From the NCBI GenBank assembly GCA_013239625.1, contig MU054323.1, positions 10,323,186-10,387,185 of the forward strand: a stretch of 64,000 nucleotides of DNA. The letters are read 5' to 3'. This stretch comes from Lama guanicoe. Its lineage: Eukaryota. The notes beneath the pieces were generated by a model. That model was not told the origin of the DNA. It did not search any database and saw only the letters and a program-made list of their open reading frames with translations. Positions 1-13,615 of this stretch are shown here, in pieces (position 1 is the first letter of the stretch; every line of letters begins with the position of its first letter). A program made the translations under genes and the position numbers.

Positions 1-1251
1 TGGACAGCCCAGCTGGATGTCACTTAGCTAGCTAGCTGGTTCTTCAAAGATCCCCAAAGCTGGAAGAGGAGTGGTGCAGAGAATGTGAAAACAAGCCCTG
101 CCAAGTCTAGCTGAATGTGCTCTTAATTCAGACAAACACTGAAGCCCGGAGCTGTCCAAAGGTGAGCAGGACTTATTCATGAGTCAGTGAGTCTTCTGTC
201 ACTGCAGTGAATGTCACAGCGTTCACTGAGATGGGAGCTGGCTATCCAGTCCTCAAATACCTGACAAAGGTGCTCAGGCTCGTGGGAGAGGGATTGGGGA
301 TAGTGTTACTCCAGAATCCCCCCAGCTCGGCACTGGGCCCCAACTACTTAAAAAGAGGGTTTCTACAGCCACCACGAAGTGCTTGTGCAGCACTGCTCAC
401 ACACATAAGGGTGGAGGCTGCCCTAGGTGGACTCGGAAGAAGCTGCCTGTTCTCCTACTGGTCAGCCAAGACACAGGGGAGGATGGGTGAGTAGGAAGAG
501 GGGAAGGGTGCCACTTCCTTTTCCCCAGGTGGGCACATGTTCTACATAGAAGATGGGATGGATCCAGGAAATGACAACTACATCCAGGATCAAGCTCCCA
601 AGGCCTCTTGGAATAGCTTCTTCTTCCTGATTTGCTAAGTGACAGCACGTGGGGCTGTGAACAAGGCACAAATGACACTGGAGTCCTGCGGATGAGTGGC
701 AACATCCCCATGGTTGCTCAGGAATCAGACTCAGCGACCTGAAGAGATGAGGTAGGTAACTAGTCTGTTACAACATGATTGGTATTAATTTCCTTCCTGC
801 CTCCAGAGATGAGGAATCATCTATGGTGAGGTAGAGTGAGGGCTCTGAGTTACATGAGTGCCATGCCAGTCCTCAGGGATGCTTTTAAGGCCCACATCAA
901 TTGCTGGAAGCTGAGAAGGTACCACCTGCCCCCGGCAGGGGCAGGACAATGTGACAGAAAGAGCATGAGGCTCGGAGTCATAAGCTCTGACTTTGATCTT
1001 GATCTTGCAGGTACTGGCTGTTCACCTCTGGGTACATTTCTTTCCTGTCCCGTGGAGGTGGGCTGCTCCCATCCCCTGGGCAGCCCTGCACGCACCCTCG
1101 AGGATTTAGTGGGCCTGACAAAGGAAGAGACAGCCCTTCAGCTTTGGTTTTTGCCTCTACCTCAAGCCACCCTTTAGTAATTATTATTACTCTTTTTCTC
1201 CTTTCCTTGCCTTTCCAAGGGGCATACTGCCATTGAGTTTAATAAACCGTT

Positions 1252-1268
1252 AAAACACAGCAGTCACA
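1252..1268 (+). repeat. Left target-site duplication of the L1 (AAAACACAGCAGTCACA)
   Basis: Identical to 2739-2755. It is preceded by TT, giving the TT/AAAA L1 endonuclease site. Confidence 0.95.
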
Positions 1269-2427
1269 CAGCATGGTATTGGTACAAAAACAGACATATA
1301 GACCAATGGAACAGAATAGAGAGCCCAGAAATGAACCCACAAACTTTTGGTCAACTAATCTTTGACAAAGGAGGCAAGAATATACAATGGAATAAAGACA
1401 GTGTCTTCAGCAAATGGTGTTGGGAAAACTGGACAGCAGCACGTAAAGCAATGAAGCTAGAACACTCCCTTACACCATACACAAAAATAAACCCAAAATG
1501 GATCAAAGACTTAAACATAAGACAAAATACAATAAACCTCCTAGAAGAAAATATAGGCAAAACAGTATCTCACATACATCTCAAAAATGTTCTCCTAGAA
1601 CAGTCTACTCAAGCAATAGAAATAAAAGCAAGAATAAACAAGTGGGACCTAACGAAACTTACAAGCTTCTGCACAGCAAAGGAAACCAGAAGTAAAACAA
1701 AAAGACAACCTACGGAACGGGAGAAAATTTTTGCAAATGAAATCGACAAAGGCTTGATCTCCAGAATATATAAGCAGCTCATACGACTTAGTAAGAAACA
1801 AACAAACCACCCAATCTAAAAATGAGCAAAAGACCTAAACAAGCAATTCTCCAAGGAAGACATACAAATCAACAGGCACATGAAAAAATGCTCAATATCA
1901 CTAATTATCAGAGAAACGCAAATCAAAACTACAATGAGGTATCACCTCACACCAGTCAGAATGGCCATCATTCAGAAATCCACAAATGACAAATGCTGGA
2001 GAGGCTGTGGAGAAAGGGGAACCCTCCTACACTGCTGGTGGGAATGCAATTTGGTGCAGCCACTGTGGAAAACAGTATGGAGATTCCTCAAAAGACTAGG
2101 AATAGACTTACTGTATGACCCAGGAATCCCACTCCTGGCATATATCCAGAAGGAACCCTACTTCAAAATGACACCTGCACCCCAATGTTCATAGCAGCAC
2201 TATTTACAATAGCCAAGACATGGAAACAGCCTAAATGTCCATCAACAGATGACTGGATAAAGAAGAAGTGGTACATTTATACAATGGAATACTACTCCGC
2301 CATAAAACCTGACAACATAACGCCATTTGCAGCAACATGTATGTTCCTGGAGAATGTCATTCTAAGTGAAGTAAGCCAGAAAAAGGAAGAAAAATACCAT
2401 ATGAGATTGCTCATATGTGGAATCTAA
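1269..2427 (+). pseudogene. Disabled L1 ORF2p fragment, including the cysteine-rich C-terminal domain
   Basis: In-frame stops TAA (1817-1819) and TGA (1823-1825), a frameshift near 2137, and the natural stop at 2425-2427. The endonuclease and RT domains are absent. Confidence 0.92.
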
Positions 2428-2738
2428 AAAAAAACAACCAAACAAAGCATAAATACAAAACAGAAATAGACTCATAGACATAGAATACAAACTTGTAGTT
2501 GCCAAGGGGGTGGAGAGTGGGAAGGGATAGACGGGATTTCAAAATTGTAGAATAGATAAACAAGATTATACTGTATAGCACAGGGAAATATACACAAGAT
2601 CGTATGGTAGCTCACTGAGAAAAAAATGTGACAATGAATATATATATATGTTCATGTATAACTGAAAAATTGTGCTTTACACTGGAATTTGACACATTGT
2701 AAAATGATTATAAATCAATAAAAAACGTTAAAAAACAA
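1269..2738 (+). mobile_element. 5'-truncated LINE-1 (ORF2 C-terminus, 3'UTR and A-rich tail), relatively recent, probably a camelid-lineage subfamily
   Basis: ORFs 1331-1819, 1880-2194 and 2185-2427 translate to typical L1 ORF2p C-terminal motifs ([64 protein letters not shown]). AATAAA lies at 2717-2722, followed by an A-rich tail. A 17-bp direct repeat flanks the element. Confidence 0.97.
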
Positions 2739-2755
2739 AAAACACAGCAGTCACA
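2739..2755 (+). repeat. Right target-site duplication of the L1
   Basis: Identical to 1252-1268. Confidence 0.95.
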
Positions 2756-4329
2756 AAGTTTCTCTACTTCCTATCCGGAAGTCCTATTTGCCCATGGGGA
2801 TGGAGTGAGGCCAGCTTGAATAAGCCCTATCAACGCAGCCATGACACTCACTGTATTTTGCTGCCTAGTTAAACCAAGATGCTGGAGAATGCCCCACCAG
2901 CCAAATCCCCAGGGAAAGAATGGGCCCTGTGTCCAGGAACGATCACCAGCAACCTGAAAAGCCTCACAAAGTCAAACCAGAGAGCAATTTGCTGAAAAAT
3001 TCCCTAGCCTCCAGTCCTGGAGGCCCTGCCCCATAGGGGGCTCCTCCTCAGCAGGGCTTTGAGCAGAACTAAACAGATGGCAGAGGGCAGTTCCAGATGC
3101 CAGGCTCCTCTTCCATGCTCCTCTGTCCTGCTATCAGCAGCCTCCAGTGGCTAATTAAAGTTTTTATCACCACAGGACTGAGGTCAGGGGCAGAAAGGCC
3201 CAGGTATGTTCCAGGTCCCAGTGCCTGTGTGTCTGTGTGTCCACACTTGTGTGTAGGGAGAGGACAGAGGTGGCTGTAGCTTCCTCAAGGTCAGAAAACC
3301 AGCAGCAGCTGGGAACTGCCCTGCCCTACGGTGTCGCTGCAAATTAAGTAGGTCAGGTCCAGCTCATAGAAGGAAAACTACTTCCCTGTTTTGGAGGGGA
3401 ACGAGATTGAGGGAACCCCACATTCCACCCTCCCAGGCCTTGTTCTGTCCTGAGAACATGGTTTAAAATATTCTAGTCACAGGCAGGCTATTCAAATAAA
3501 ATAGAATTTCAAACCACATGGGGCTTGCTGAGGCATTCAGGCTTCTAGGATGTGTGAAAGGCAGGGGGAGGGGCAGAGACAGCCCCTGCCACTCTCCCAT
3601 CCTTTTTATTACCAGCAGCTGCAATGCTAGACACATCCGAGTGTGTCTCCCAGCCACAGCCCTACACGAGCAGTTCTGACAGCGAGTGAACACATGAAAG
3701 CCACCACGAGGCTCCCCTCCCCAGTGGCAACTTGAATTATTTGAACTGGAGCTCAGCAAAATGAAAATAAAAATAAAATAAAATCTGAGTATGTTGCAAG
3801 CAGTTTCCCAGTTTCCAGCAGAAAATATAGATTTTGGGGGGGGTGGGTGGGGGACAAGAAATCCCCCAGGGCTCCCTTGTTTACGGCTGGGCTAGGCAGA
3901 GGTCTTTAAATATTCATGCCCCATATGCAACCCTGCAGAGCCATGGAGGAGGCAATGTCTGCACCATGGCCAGACAGCAGAGAGAGGCAGCTGGCTGAGG
4001 TGGCTGCAGGGGTCTGGAGGGAGGAGGCTGGAGCTGGCATGCTTTTGGAATATCCTAGAAGCTGACTGGCACAAAAGCACACCCTGACTATGTCTCCATT
4101 GTTGGTGGGCATCTGACCTGGCTCCACATAGGCTCTAAGGTGCTCTCCCAGCCCCTTTTGTCTCCACCACCTCTGTCCCCCACCCCATCATGTCTAACCC
4201 CTTCTCTAACTCATCTTTCTAAAAGGCAAATCACATCATGCTCTTTGGCAGCACAGGTAATGGAGGCTAACTTTCAGCATGGGCTCAGAACGAATTTCGA
4301 TCACAACCAGAAAGGACACCTATGGCCAG

Positions 4330-4490
4330 CCCCTCTTAAGTTTCAGTGTGCATCCAAATTACCGAGGGCGGGGTTTGAAAATACAGATCCCCAGGCCCCA
4401 AATGGTGATGTCATTCAGGAGGTCTGGGGTGGGACCCAAGAGTCTGCATTTATTACATTTTCCAAGTGACTGTAACTGGAGAAACACAGA
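4330..4490. mobile_element. MER5A-like hAT-Charlie DNA transposon relic
   Basis: Contains 'ggtctggggtgggacccaagagtctgcattt', typical of MER5A. Confidence 0.75.
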
Positions 4491-5549
4491 CCTACTGGTT
4501 AGCTCATAGCTAGATTTTCAAGAAAATGCACTGAAGGCAACACCAGTTTCTCTACGGAAATCCACTGATGATTGTGGGTTTCTTGAGGGAGCATTTTGAA
4601 CTATTGTGCAATTACTTCAAGTCCCTGGCGGTCCCAGGGATCAGGACTGTCAGGGTTTAGAGAAGGTGCTCAGTGGGGGGTGTCAGCCCCAGAGCTCAGC
4701 TCAGCCAGCCTCCTGACCCTCTGGGCCTGACCCTCATCAGACATCTTAACCCATGGCTCTACCTAGTGTCCACCTTCCTGCACTGGGGCCCCATAGCCAG
4801 CGGAGGCCTCTTTGGAGTTGGGGGGTTTGAAGGCCCCAAGTTAACCTCACAGTCTCACACAGCAATGCAACATCCGTTTCCCCATCACCAATGTTCAGCC
4901 AACCTGGGAGAAGGAAACCAACTTCCCGCCTTTTGCACTTAGGACTGAGTGAAATAAATGGCAGGGCTTACAAACCTGAAAATGCATATTTCTATTTTGG
5001 CCATTTATTTTTCTGATGAAAACATTTCCCCGAATATCGAGAATTCAAAGACCTATCAGCCTGAGAGGAATGGTATGGAAACCTGAATTTGGAATAACTG
5101 AGCAGAATGGACTCACTGCCTTCCCCTCACTCCTTGTGCTGAGCCAAGTTCCGTTCCCGGCAGGAAATAGCAGAAAGAGCCCAGAGCAAATCTGACCAGA
5201 GGAATAATAAAACAGCCCAGTGAAACAAAACGCCTGTTTAAGCTATTGATCAACCCAAAGGTTATTAGAAAAATGATGAAGTATTAAAAAATATCATTTT
5301 TACCTTGACATTTCTTTTTCCGAAATCAGGCTCATACGAAATCTAGTGAAAAAGACATTTAAAGATGAAATGCTTTTAAGGATCCCCCCTGTCCTCGCAG
5401 ATGGGCCAACCAACCTTCCTCATTTAGATTTCCTATTATGAAGCCTTCTTTTCTAGGTGCTGCTCTGAGGCACCCAAGAAATATCAATGATGACTGAGTA
5501 ATTCCACCATCTGCATCGGAGAGCATGGTTTCTCATATACAATTTAACG

Positions 5550-5730
5550 TAATGAATCTATTTATTTGTGCCCTGACTTCTTCCAGAAAGGATTTAAGGT
5601 GGCTCACAGAGTCACATAAAATCTAGTCGGAGAGCATAACCTGGTAGAGGGAGAGAACGATGGGGCAAATGCCGAGTTAGAAAACCTAACCAGAAGTGAG
5701 GCTGCTACAAACGCCCATCACAAATCCCTA
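5550..5730 (-). mobile_element. Ancient LINE 3' end, L4/RTE-X-like
   Basis: 'tatttatttgtgccctgacttcttccagaaaggatttaaggtggctcaca' resembles the reverse complement of the L4 3' terminus. A related motif occurs at about 30375. Confidence 0.5.
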
Positions 5731-6269
5731 TTTGCCTACTGGGTAACACCTCAGATTTAATTCAACCATTCTTCTGATTTAAACAAATTCTTTGATACAT
5801 CTTTTCCATTCTTCTTTGTTTTATGTCAGTTAGCTTTAATTTCACAAAAAGCCTTGAGGGCTTGATTTTGCCTGTACCTCTAGGCAGGGGAAGCATGTTT
5901 CCTGCACCACTGCTGGTCCAAGCCCCACCTGCCCGGGATTTCTACCAGCCCGTGGAGGGGGAGAATCTGGTCAGTTTCACAATGTCTGCAACTTGAAAGG
6001 AAATAAATTGTTCAGGGAGCACATAGCTATTCCTGAAATGAAGCCAGAAAGAAATTTCTCCTGTGAGTTTCCAGAAAGAGAGGACTGGCCAGATCTAAGC
6101 TATGTGTTGGCTTTCTACTACGTGCAAGATGTTGACAAGGTGCCTGGCGGGGAGTGCGAAAAAGCACAGGCATGGCCGGCTCTCCCAGAGTGTGGAGCCT
6201 GGTTTTTGGCTAAAGTCTTCTTCCTCCTCCCCCATTCTCCTTTGTCTGTTTATACAGGGTACCAGGCAT

Positions 6270-6517
6270 TGTTGGCTAACTGTTGTAGTACTTACTTTGT
6301 GCCAGACCCTGTGATAAGCCCTTGACATATATTAACCTATTTAAGCCTCTCCTCCTTGGGGTAGGCACTTTTATTGTCCCTACTTTCCAGGTGAGCAATC
6401 TGAGGCTCTGAGAGGTTATTAACTGACCAAAGAAACTGTATAGCCAGTCAGTGGTGGGAGCTGGCTTGGACTCAGGTAGTTGATTCCAGGGTTCACAAGC
6501 TTAATCACTGGGCTATG
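6270..6517 (-). mobile_element. MIR SINE, near full length
   Basis: Reverse-strand MIR tail, core (caggtgagcaatctgaggctctgagagg) and tRNA-like head. Confidence 0.85.
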
Positions 6518-6997
6518 TGGGGGTCTACGCACATCTCCTGGTCTCTAGAGAATATGCTTGTGCTGAGAAACATGGCACCAGTTCACCAGTCCTCACACTA
6601 AAGCGGTAACAGTTACATGAACCGTTTGGGTAAGGTGGCTCTGGAGGTTCCTCACTGAATGCCACTGATGCCTTAGTGGAATTTATGTAAGTCAAAGTTT
6701 TGCTGCTTTACAAAATTTGAAATGTATTACAAGAGACTGGTATTTTTACAAAGGACTCTGTAGAAAGTCGCTGTTATGCTCCCCTTGTTATGCCTTGAAA
6801 AAGTTTGAAGGGTTTGCTTAAATCAAGGTCCTACTGCAAATAGTTCAGTGCAGCTGAGTATGGTGTTTAAGGGAAGATTCCCTGCAGACGGGACTTCACC
6901 ACGTTGATGGCTACTCTCTGTCTAGAAGATGGCACAAATGGCCCTCTTGTCCTCCCGCAGGAGAACAAGCTGTCTGGCCATCAGGCTACTTTGCTCA

Positions 6998-7195
<198 letters not shown>

Positions 7196-8917
7196 TCAAA
7201 AATGTACCATCCTTGTGCCCTGAAGGGCCTTGGGGTGCAGAGTTAATGGGCCCTGAACCATTCCTCTCTAGCCTTGGAAAATCTCTGAGGACACTGGTTT
7301 CTGCTGCCTTCAATGGATAAGACACACTACTTATCATTGCCTACAAAACCCGGCTCACGCCAAGGTCTTCATTCCATATCCTGTGATGTCCCAACGCCAT
7401 ACATCTGGATTACTGCAAGCCCTGATCTCCCAAGGTCACCAGCTTCAGCCCATGGTCTCGGAGCAGCCTGAAGCATGCTGGGCTCCCCGGGGCCCATCTC
7501 TCCCCATTTCCAGTCATGCCAGCGCTTTGCCCTCCAATGGTCTCTGAACTTTCACTCTCTTCTCCCTGCTCTGGAGCTAGGTTATCCTGTGCTCCATGCC
7601 CTGACCAGGAAGACTCATTTATTGTTTCAGGCACTGAGCTGCCTGAAAACCTGGTGGAACATGAGCCCCCAGCCCCTGCGGTGGTGGCAAGATGCACCTG
7701 TAAATCTCCAGGAGCTGTGGGGTATCCTGCAGACAGTAGGTGCTATGGAGATGGGGCCAGAGTGAGCCCACAACTTTTAGGGGCCTCAAAGAATGCCAAA
7801 CAGGACTTCAGTCATTCACATCTTCTTTCTATCTCTTAGCTAAGTCTTTATTGAGTTACTTCCAAGTAACAAATTCAGATGGGCCCAGAGCAGAGTAACT
7901 AGGACAGGCCAGAAATCTTAGAAAGCACACTTCCCAACCTTGAGGAAAATTCAAAGAGCTGGGTAATGTGACCAAGGAGAGAAAGGGCCTTTTGTGGTGG
8001 GTAGTCCGCAACGGTTGTACTCGAATAAGGGCTGCCTCTTGGGGAGAGGATGAAGTTTAGTTCTGTGGGGCTCCAGGAGCCAGAAATCACGATCAATGAA
8101 TAGAACTTACAGAGTGGGTGTGGCTTATCTCCAGCTAAGGAGAACTGGTGAGTGACTCTGAGCTGTCAAATGGGGCACTGAGAGCCCTGTCACTGGAGGT
8201 ATTCAGCAAGGCTGGTCATCTGTTAGCTCTGGGTGCTGTCGGGGACTATCAGACTGAGAGCAGAGGTGGGAAGATCACGTCTAGCTTGGAGCTCCGGTTC
8301 TCTTCTCTGCTCCCACAGACGCGGCGCTGAGGATGCCGTGCGGTGAGGACACCAGGAGGAGAAGCAGGGGCCTCTGTCTCTGGGGGAGGCCCGGCAGAAC
8401 TCCCCCGCGGCTGCAACAACTCAGCCTCCTTTCTAAAGGGGCCAAAAGCCAAATCACTAGATGCAGCTAGCTCTGGGGACTGAGGACAGAACTGCAGGGC
8501 TCTGCAATTAAAGGAATCTGTAGGATGTATGATCTTTGCTTGGAAAGACAGGAATTTTGGTATGAGGGTCTCTGGCTCCATAAAAAGCAGCAGGTAAATA
8601 CAGAAGGGTGGGGGGTATAGCTGGGGAGGCTGGGCGGCAGGGAACGAACCAGATATGCTGCAAGGTTCCCAGGGCACAACCCAGGGCAGATGACACAAGG
8701 CTTCCCTGAGCCTCAGCCTCCCCAGTCATAAAGAGGGCTATGGTTTTCCTTATCTGGCAATGAGTCCTGTGCCTGACACCGAGTAAGCTTCAGTAAACGT
8801 CCACTGAATGGACTGATTGTTACTATTGCTGCCGTTATTCTTGTCTTTTAGCTAAGAAAGATCCTTCATCAAAGTTCTCATTTTAAGGATCAAAAGGGGA
8901 CATCAGCCTTGGCTTTA

Positions 8918-9226
<309 letters not shown>

Positions 9227-9434
9227 TCATTTCCAGGACTGCTAAAGGCAGAATATGCCAACATCAAGTAAAACTGGCTAGGCATGACCAGTTATCCTCA
9301 TTAATAACAGCTCCCCAGCCAGCCCTCCTAATGATGCTCCTGGTGAAGAGAAGCCCAATCCTTAACTTGTACATGTGCTGGTTTACTCTCCTGCTCTTCA
9401 GAAAATAACAATAACAACAGCTCCATAGCATGGC

Positions 9435-9575
9435 TACTGTTAACCCAGTTTTATACATGACAAGGCAGAGGCTCAGAGATGTTAAGCAGCCTGACCAAGG
9501 TCACACAGCCAACATGTAACTCAGCTGGGATTTGAACTCAGCTCTTCTGTTTCTAAATTCTGTGCTCTTTATACA
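9435..9575 (-). mobile_element. MIR SINE fragment
   Basis: 'gaggctcagagatgttaagcagcctgaccaaggtcacacagc...gggatttgaactc'. Confidence 0.85.
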
Positions 9576-9699
9576 GACTCACCATGAACATGACTCTAGA
9601 AAAGCTAATGTGTAACTCATTGAAATACATTTCTAATGGTTGGCACAGTAAGAATGTGGTGGTGGCAGTGGTAGTGTTGGCTGGGAGTTGGTTTAGATC

Positions 9700-10098
9700 C
9701 CTCAAACCACCCTTGTCTGCAGGTACACATATTGTTCAAAGCTGTCCATCTGCTCTCCTTTATTTCCCAAGCCCCTTGCGGTTAAGTGAAGCTGGCTCTG
9801 GCCAATAAAATGTGACTGGAAGTGATGTGCATCTCCTCTGGATTGAGACTGGGAAAAGCCCTGGTGTAATTTTCAGTCTCTCTCTTCCCCTGTTGAAGCT
9901 GCCAAGGAGAGCTCTCCCCGGGGGCACTGCTGTGCGATGGTGGCACGTCTGCCAGCAGGGACCCTGAGAGATCCTGTGGGGCAGAGGCCCCTCTCAGCGC
10001 AACCTTCAGGGAATAGGTACTTTAAACGTTACATTAAACCACTGAAATCTGGGGGTAGTTTATTACTGCAGCATAACCTAGCCTATCCTGACCAAGCA
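9700..10098 (+). mobile_element. MLT1 (ERVL-MaLR) solo LTR, MLT1I/J/K-like
   Basis: 'tggccaataaaatgtgactggaagtgatg' and the 3' end 'aaaccactgaaatctgggggtagtttattactgcagcataacctagcctatcctgac'. Confidence 0.85.
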
Positions 10099-10989
10099 AA
10101 TGCAGGCCCTAGGGCCTCTTTATATCATCATCTGTTGGCTCAGCATAAAGGGCCCCGTTATGCTTTTCTCTACATCAGCCTGACCTCAGGTCCCATTAAA
10201 GAGGCCACAGTCAGCTCCATAGACCATATATTTCCCCCGGCCCACAGAGGGAGGCAGGCAGGGGAAGAGAGTGAGAGACAGCTCACTCTCTCCAGCTTAT
10301 GTGGAGAATGGTTGCAGGGAAGGCTCTCAGCTCGGAGGCATTAGTGGGACGTTCCAGGCTATCCTGATAGACCCAACAGCCCCGGCTAGGGGGGCTGTCT
10401 CCCTTCAGGGGGAAAGGCACTCTCCAGCTGGACCACTGCTCTCCGTGTCCTTCCTGTCTCAGCCTTCTTGGCAACAGCAGGCTGACAAAGAGGGCCCTAA
10501 CGCTTCCTGGCTGTGACAGCACCTTAGTGAATTATTACTCATTTCCCCCTGATTCTCTGTGCATTTCACACAGAGGCAGAATTATAAATTAAAACAGGCT
10601 GTCACTGACTTTGAGCATCTCTTCCCATTTATACCCCCCTGAAAAAATCATCCCCCACCCAAGCCCCGTATGTTCCTCTGATTAAAAATCCAAAAGCTAA
10701 GGAGATCTTTTTGTTTTATTTTTCATGCCCCCCTCAAGGGACCTTACATTCAATTCTTTTGCAAAAACTAACTGGTAGCTGGAAGTGACCTTCCATGAAG
10801 TGTCCTTCACACATCTGTTTTAAACCCCCGACTATGGTGGAAGATTCCAGTAGGCGATGGGCTCCCAGTAGAAGAAGGAGGCAGCACTGGGCAGGGTCCT
10901 GCACACCGTATCCCTCCGTCCTTACCCTTTTAGGAGCTGGATGCAGAGGACTGACTCAGCCTGACTTATGGGCGTTGGTGCCTCATCAG

Positions 10990-11185
10990 CACTGAAATCT
11001 GGACACCTGGACCCTACTCACCGCCTCACCGCTTGCTATAGTGTGACCTCAGGCAAGTCATTCCCTTCCCCAGAGCCTCAGCTCCCTCATCTGTAAAGTG
11101 GGGTAATACTAGCATATATTTCACAGGGCTGTTCCAGGACAAGGTAAGGGAGAGAGTGTGGAAACATTTTGTAAACAGAATTGAG
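10990..11185 (+). mobile_element. MIR SINE
   Basis: 'tgtgacctcaggcaagtca...gagcctcagctccctcatctgtaaagtggggtaata'. Confidence 0.88.
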
Positions 11186-11824
11186 CAAATATAGAGTGGT
11201 GGTGGCATTATTAATTGTCATTCATACCTGGGACAGGGGAAATCATCAGGGATGGGCTGAAACAGCCAACACTGCCCTATGGGGCAGAGACAGGTCCCTA
11301 GCTGTCTCTCTGGAAATGCCTATACCTTCCACTGGGACAGGAATAAGAAGAACCCTTGGCATTCTCTCCTTCTGGAAGCTAATCCTTATCCTAACTTGGC
11401 AGAGGATCCAGGGTGAGCTGGGATTGGAAGCCCCTTTGTTTTTGGTTGATTGAATAAAGGAGATGAGGTAGGCAAAATAGTTAGGTCAACCAGCAATTTA
11501 TGTGACAATTAAAGCCTTGAAGGGTGGGCGGGGTGCTGAGAGGACTTCCACTACTTTAAGTGCATGAGGGCATGTGCTCAGCAAGAAGCCAGTCCTGAGG
11601 AAGTCTGTGGGGTGGGCGCCAGAACAGACCCATTGGCGGATCACGCCGGGTTGGGGAAATTGCTGCTGGGACCACTGCTGAGCACAGTGCTGGCCCTGGC
11701 GACATTCTTTGATCATCGCTTTCTCGGTTCATCCAGCCCAAGCGCCTGCTCAGTGCTTGGCACATTGTCGGACCTCAATACTTATTTGCTGAATGGAATG
11801 GGAGTGGGTTCAGTCCCCTAACCT

Positions 11825-12001
11825 TTTGCCAGTTAAAGTGTGGTCCAGGGACCAGCCATATTTGCATCACAATGTGAAACTGTTAGAAGTATAGAATCTC
11901 TTCTCCCTAGGCACCCCACTCCACGCTCTACTGAATCAGAATCTGCATTTTTAATGCCCTCCGGGTGAGTCCTGTGCACCTTCCCGTCTGAGAAGCACTG
12001 C
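11825..12001. mobile_element. MER5B-like hAT-Charlie relic
   Basis: 'aaagtgtggtccagggaccagc...ctactgaatcagaatctgcattttt...tgagaagcactg'. Confidence 0.8.
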
Positions 12002-12289
12002 TCTAACCCACCCTCTTCTTGGGCTGCAGCCAGTTATTTCATTGGCTGGATGGCCAAATCGGCTGTGTGTGGGTCAATCAATCCCACAACATTTTGGCAA
12101 TTATGACACCTGATTCCACTCTAAGAGAGACAAATTGGTCGAGTCATGGAGATGTGACCTCAGCAGCAGCTGCAGAAACTGCCAAGTATAAACTCCAGGC
12201 CAAATGACACTGCTTCTTTTCCTTCCTGTGTGACAACTCTGTTAGCATTTTTGATAAATATGTGTTATACATTTCCTTGAAAATATAGA

Positions 12290-12462
12290 GTCATGGGAAA
12301 AATGCTAGAAGAAATACATCAAAATATTACGGTTATCTCTGAATGTCTGAGAGGAAGGATTATGGGCAATAGTTATTTTCTCCCGTGTACTTTTTTTGAT
12401 TTTCCAAATATTTTACAACCAACATGTTTTATTTTACAATAAAGAAATAAACTTAAAAAAAT
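12290..12462 (+). mobile_element. Ancient L1M (L1ME/MD-like) 3'UTR end
   Basis: 'gaagaaatacatcaaaatattacggttatctctg...ggattatggg...ttttccaaatattttaca' followed by an A-rich tail. Confidence 0.7.
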
Positions 12463-13379
12463 GTTTTTGCCTGACAGGGAGAGTATCCCCACCCAATAGA
12501 CAAGATTTTTGAGTACGTGGAGGGGAAGCGAGCTGCCTGCAGTACCTGGCGAGTCAGTGACCCATCCAAGGGATGAAGTGGGGCCACCTGACCCTTTCCC
12601 AGGGCACTGCATGTCATCAAGGCCATTGCTCAGGATACTCAGGGAACCCTGAAGACACCTTTCAATGGGTTTCAGCATCCTGGGATGTAAACGTGGATCG
12701 GCACATTTAATTAGAAAGAGGGAAGGTGGGTTGTTGGTGGTGTGCGGGTTTGGAGGACAGGGTGTGAACGGACACATGCATGACTGGATGCAGAGGGACA
12801 AGGGCAGCGCCACCTCTGTCCCAAGTTCCCTCCTCATCCAGAAATGCTCCTCAAGATTGAGTGTGATCATCTGAATGAAGCTCTAGTGTGTATATGTGGA
12901 ATTCCTTCTGGGGAAAGTGTGGAGAGTTGAGCCTGGGAGTTGGCAGGATATAACCTACTTTTCCATCTAAATTTCAACCATCGCAGGACTTGGTTGAATA
13001 CCCTGGCTCAAGGTTAGTGACCCTCATGGGGATTCCTTGGAAGACCAGGACATCCCCACAGGCTTAAAGTGACCACTGCTCAGAGAAAATGTTCTAAGAG
13101 GTTCCAGACCACCTGGGAAGGACCAGATGAGGTCAAGAGCATTGTCCTTAATGCATCACAGACATCAACACAGCAGCAGGCATCACATTCCAACTCATAC
13201 TACAGGTGAAGAGAGTGAGGCCTAGATGGTGGGCATGAATGATCTGAGTTCCCCTAGAAAGACGGTGGCAGAGCCTTGGACCTTCTCTGCCTTTTCCTGG
13301 ACCCTTCATCCTGGGGGTGGTACATTAGCTAAGCTGTGCTGGAAACTTCTGGAAACTCATAAAACAAATGAGTTTGGCT

Positions 13380-13615
13380 TGCAGTGGTTCAGAGTGTGGG
13401 CTCTGGAGTCATACTGGGTGTGAATCACTGCTCAGGCCACGGCTCACAGTCTGATCATGGACTCCAGGTTCCTCGTCTGCACGACGGGTAGAAAAGCATC
13501 ACACAGGATTGCTGTCAGGGTACAACAAGCTAATGCATGAAGAGCATTTAGAGCAGCTCCTGGCATCTAGAAAATGCCCAATAAATGTTAGCTGTTACTA
13601 CTACTACTGCTGTTA
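13380..13615 (+). mobile_element. MIR SINE, with a divergent minus-strand MIR fragment just upstream (about 13150-13300)
   Basis: 'gcagtggttcagagtgtgggctctggagtca' head and 'agcatttagagcagctcctggcatctagaaaatgcccaataaatgttagct' tail. Confidence 0.82.
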
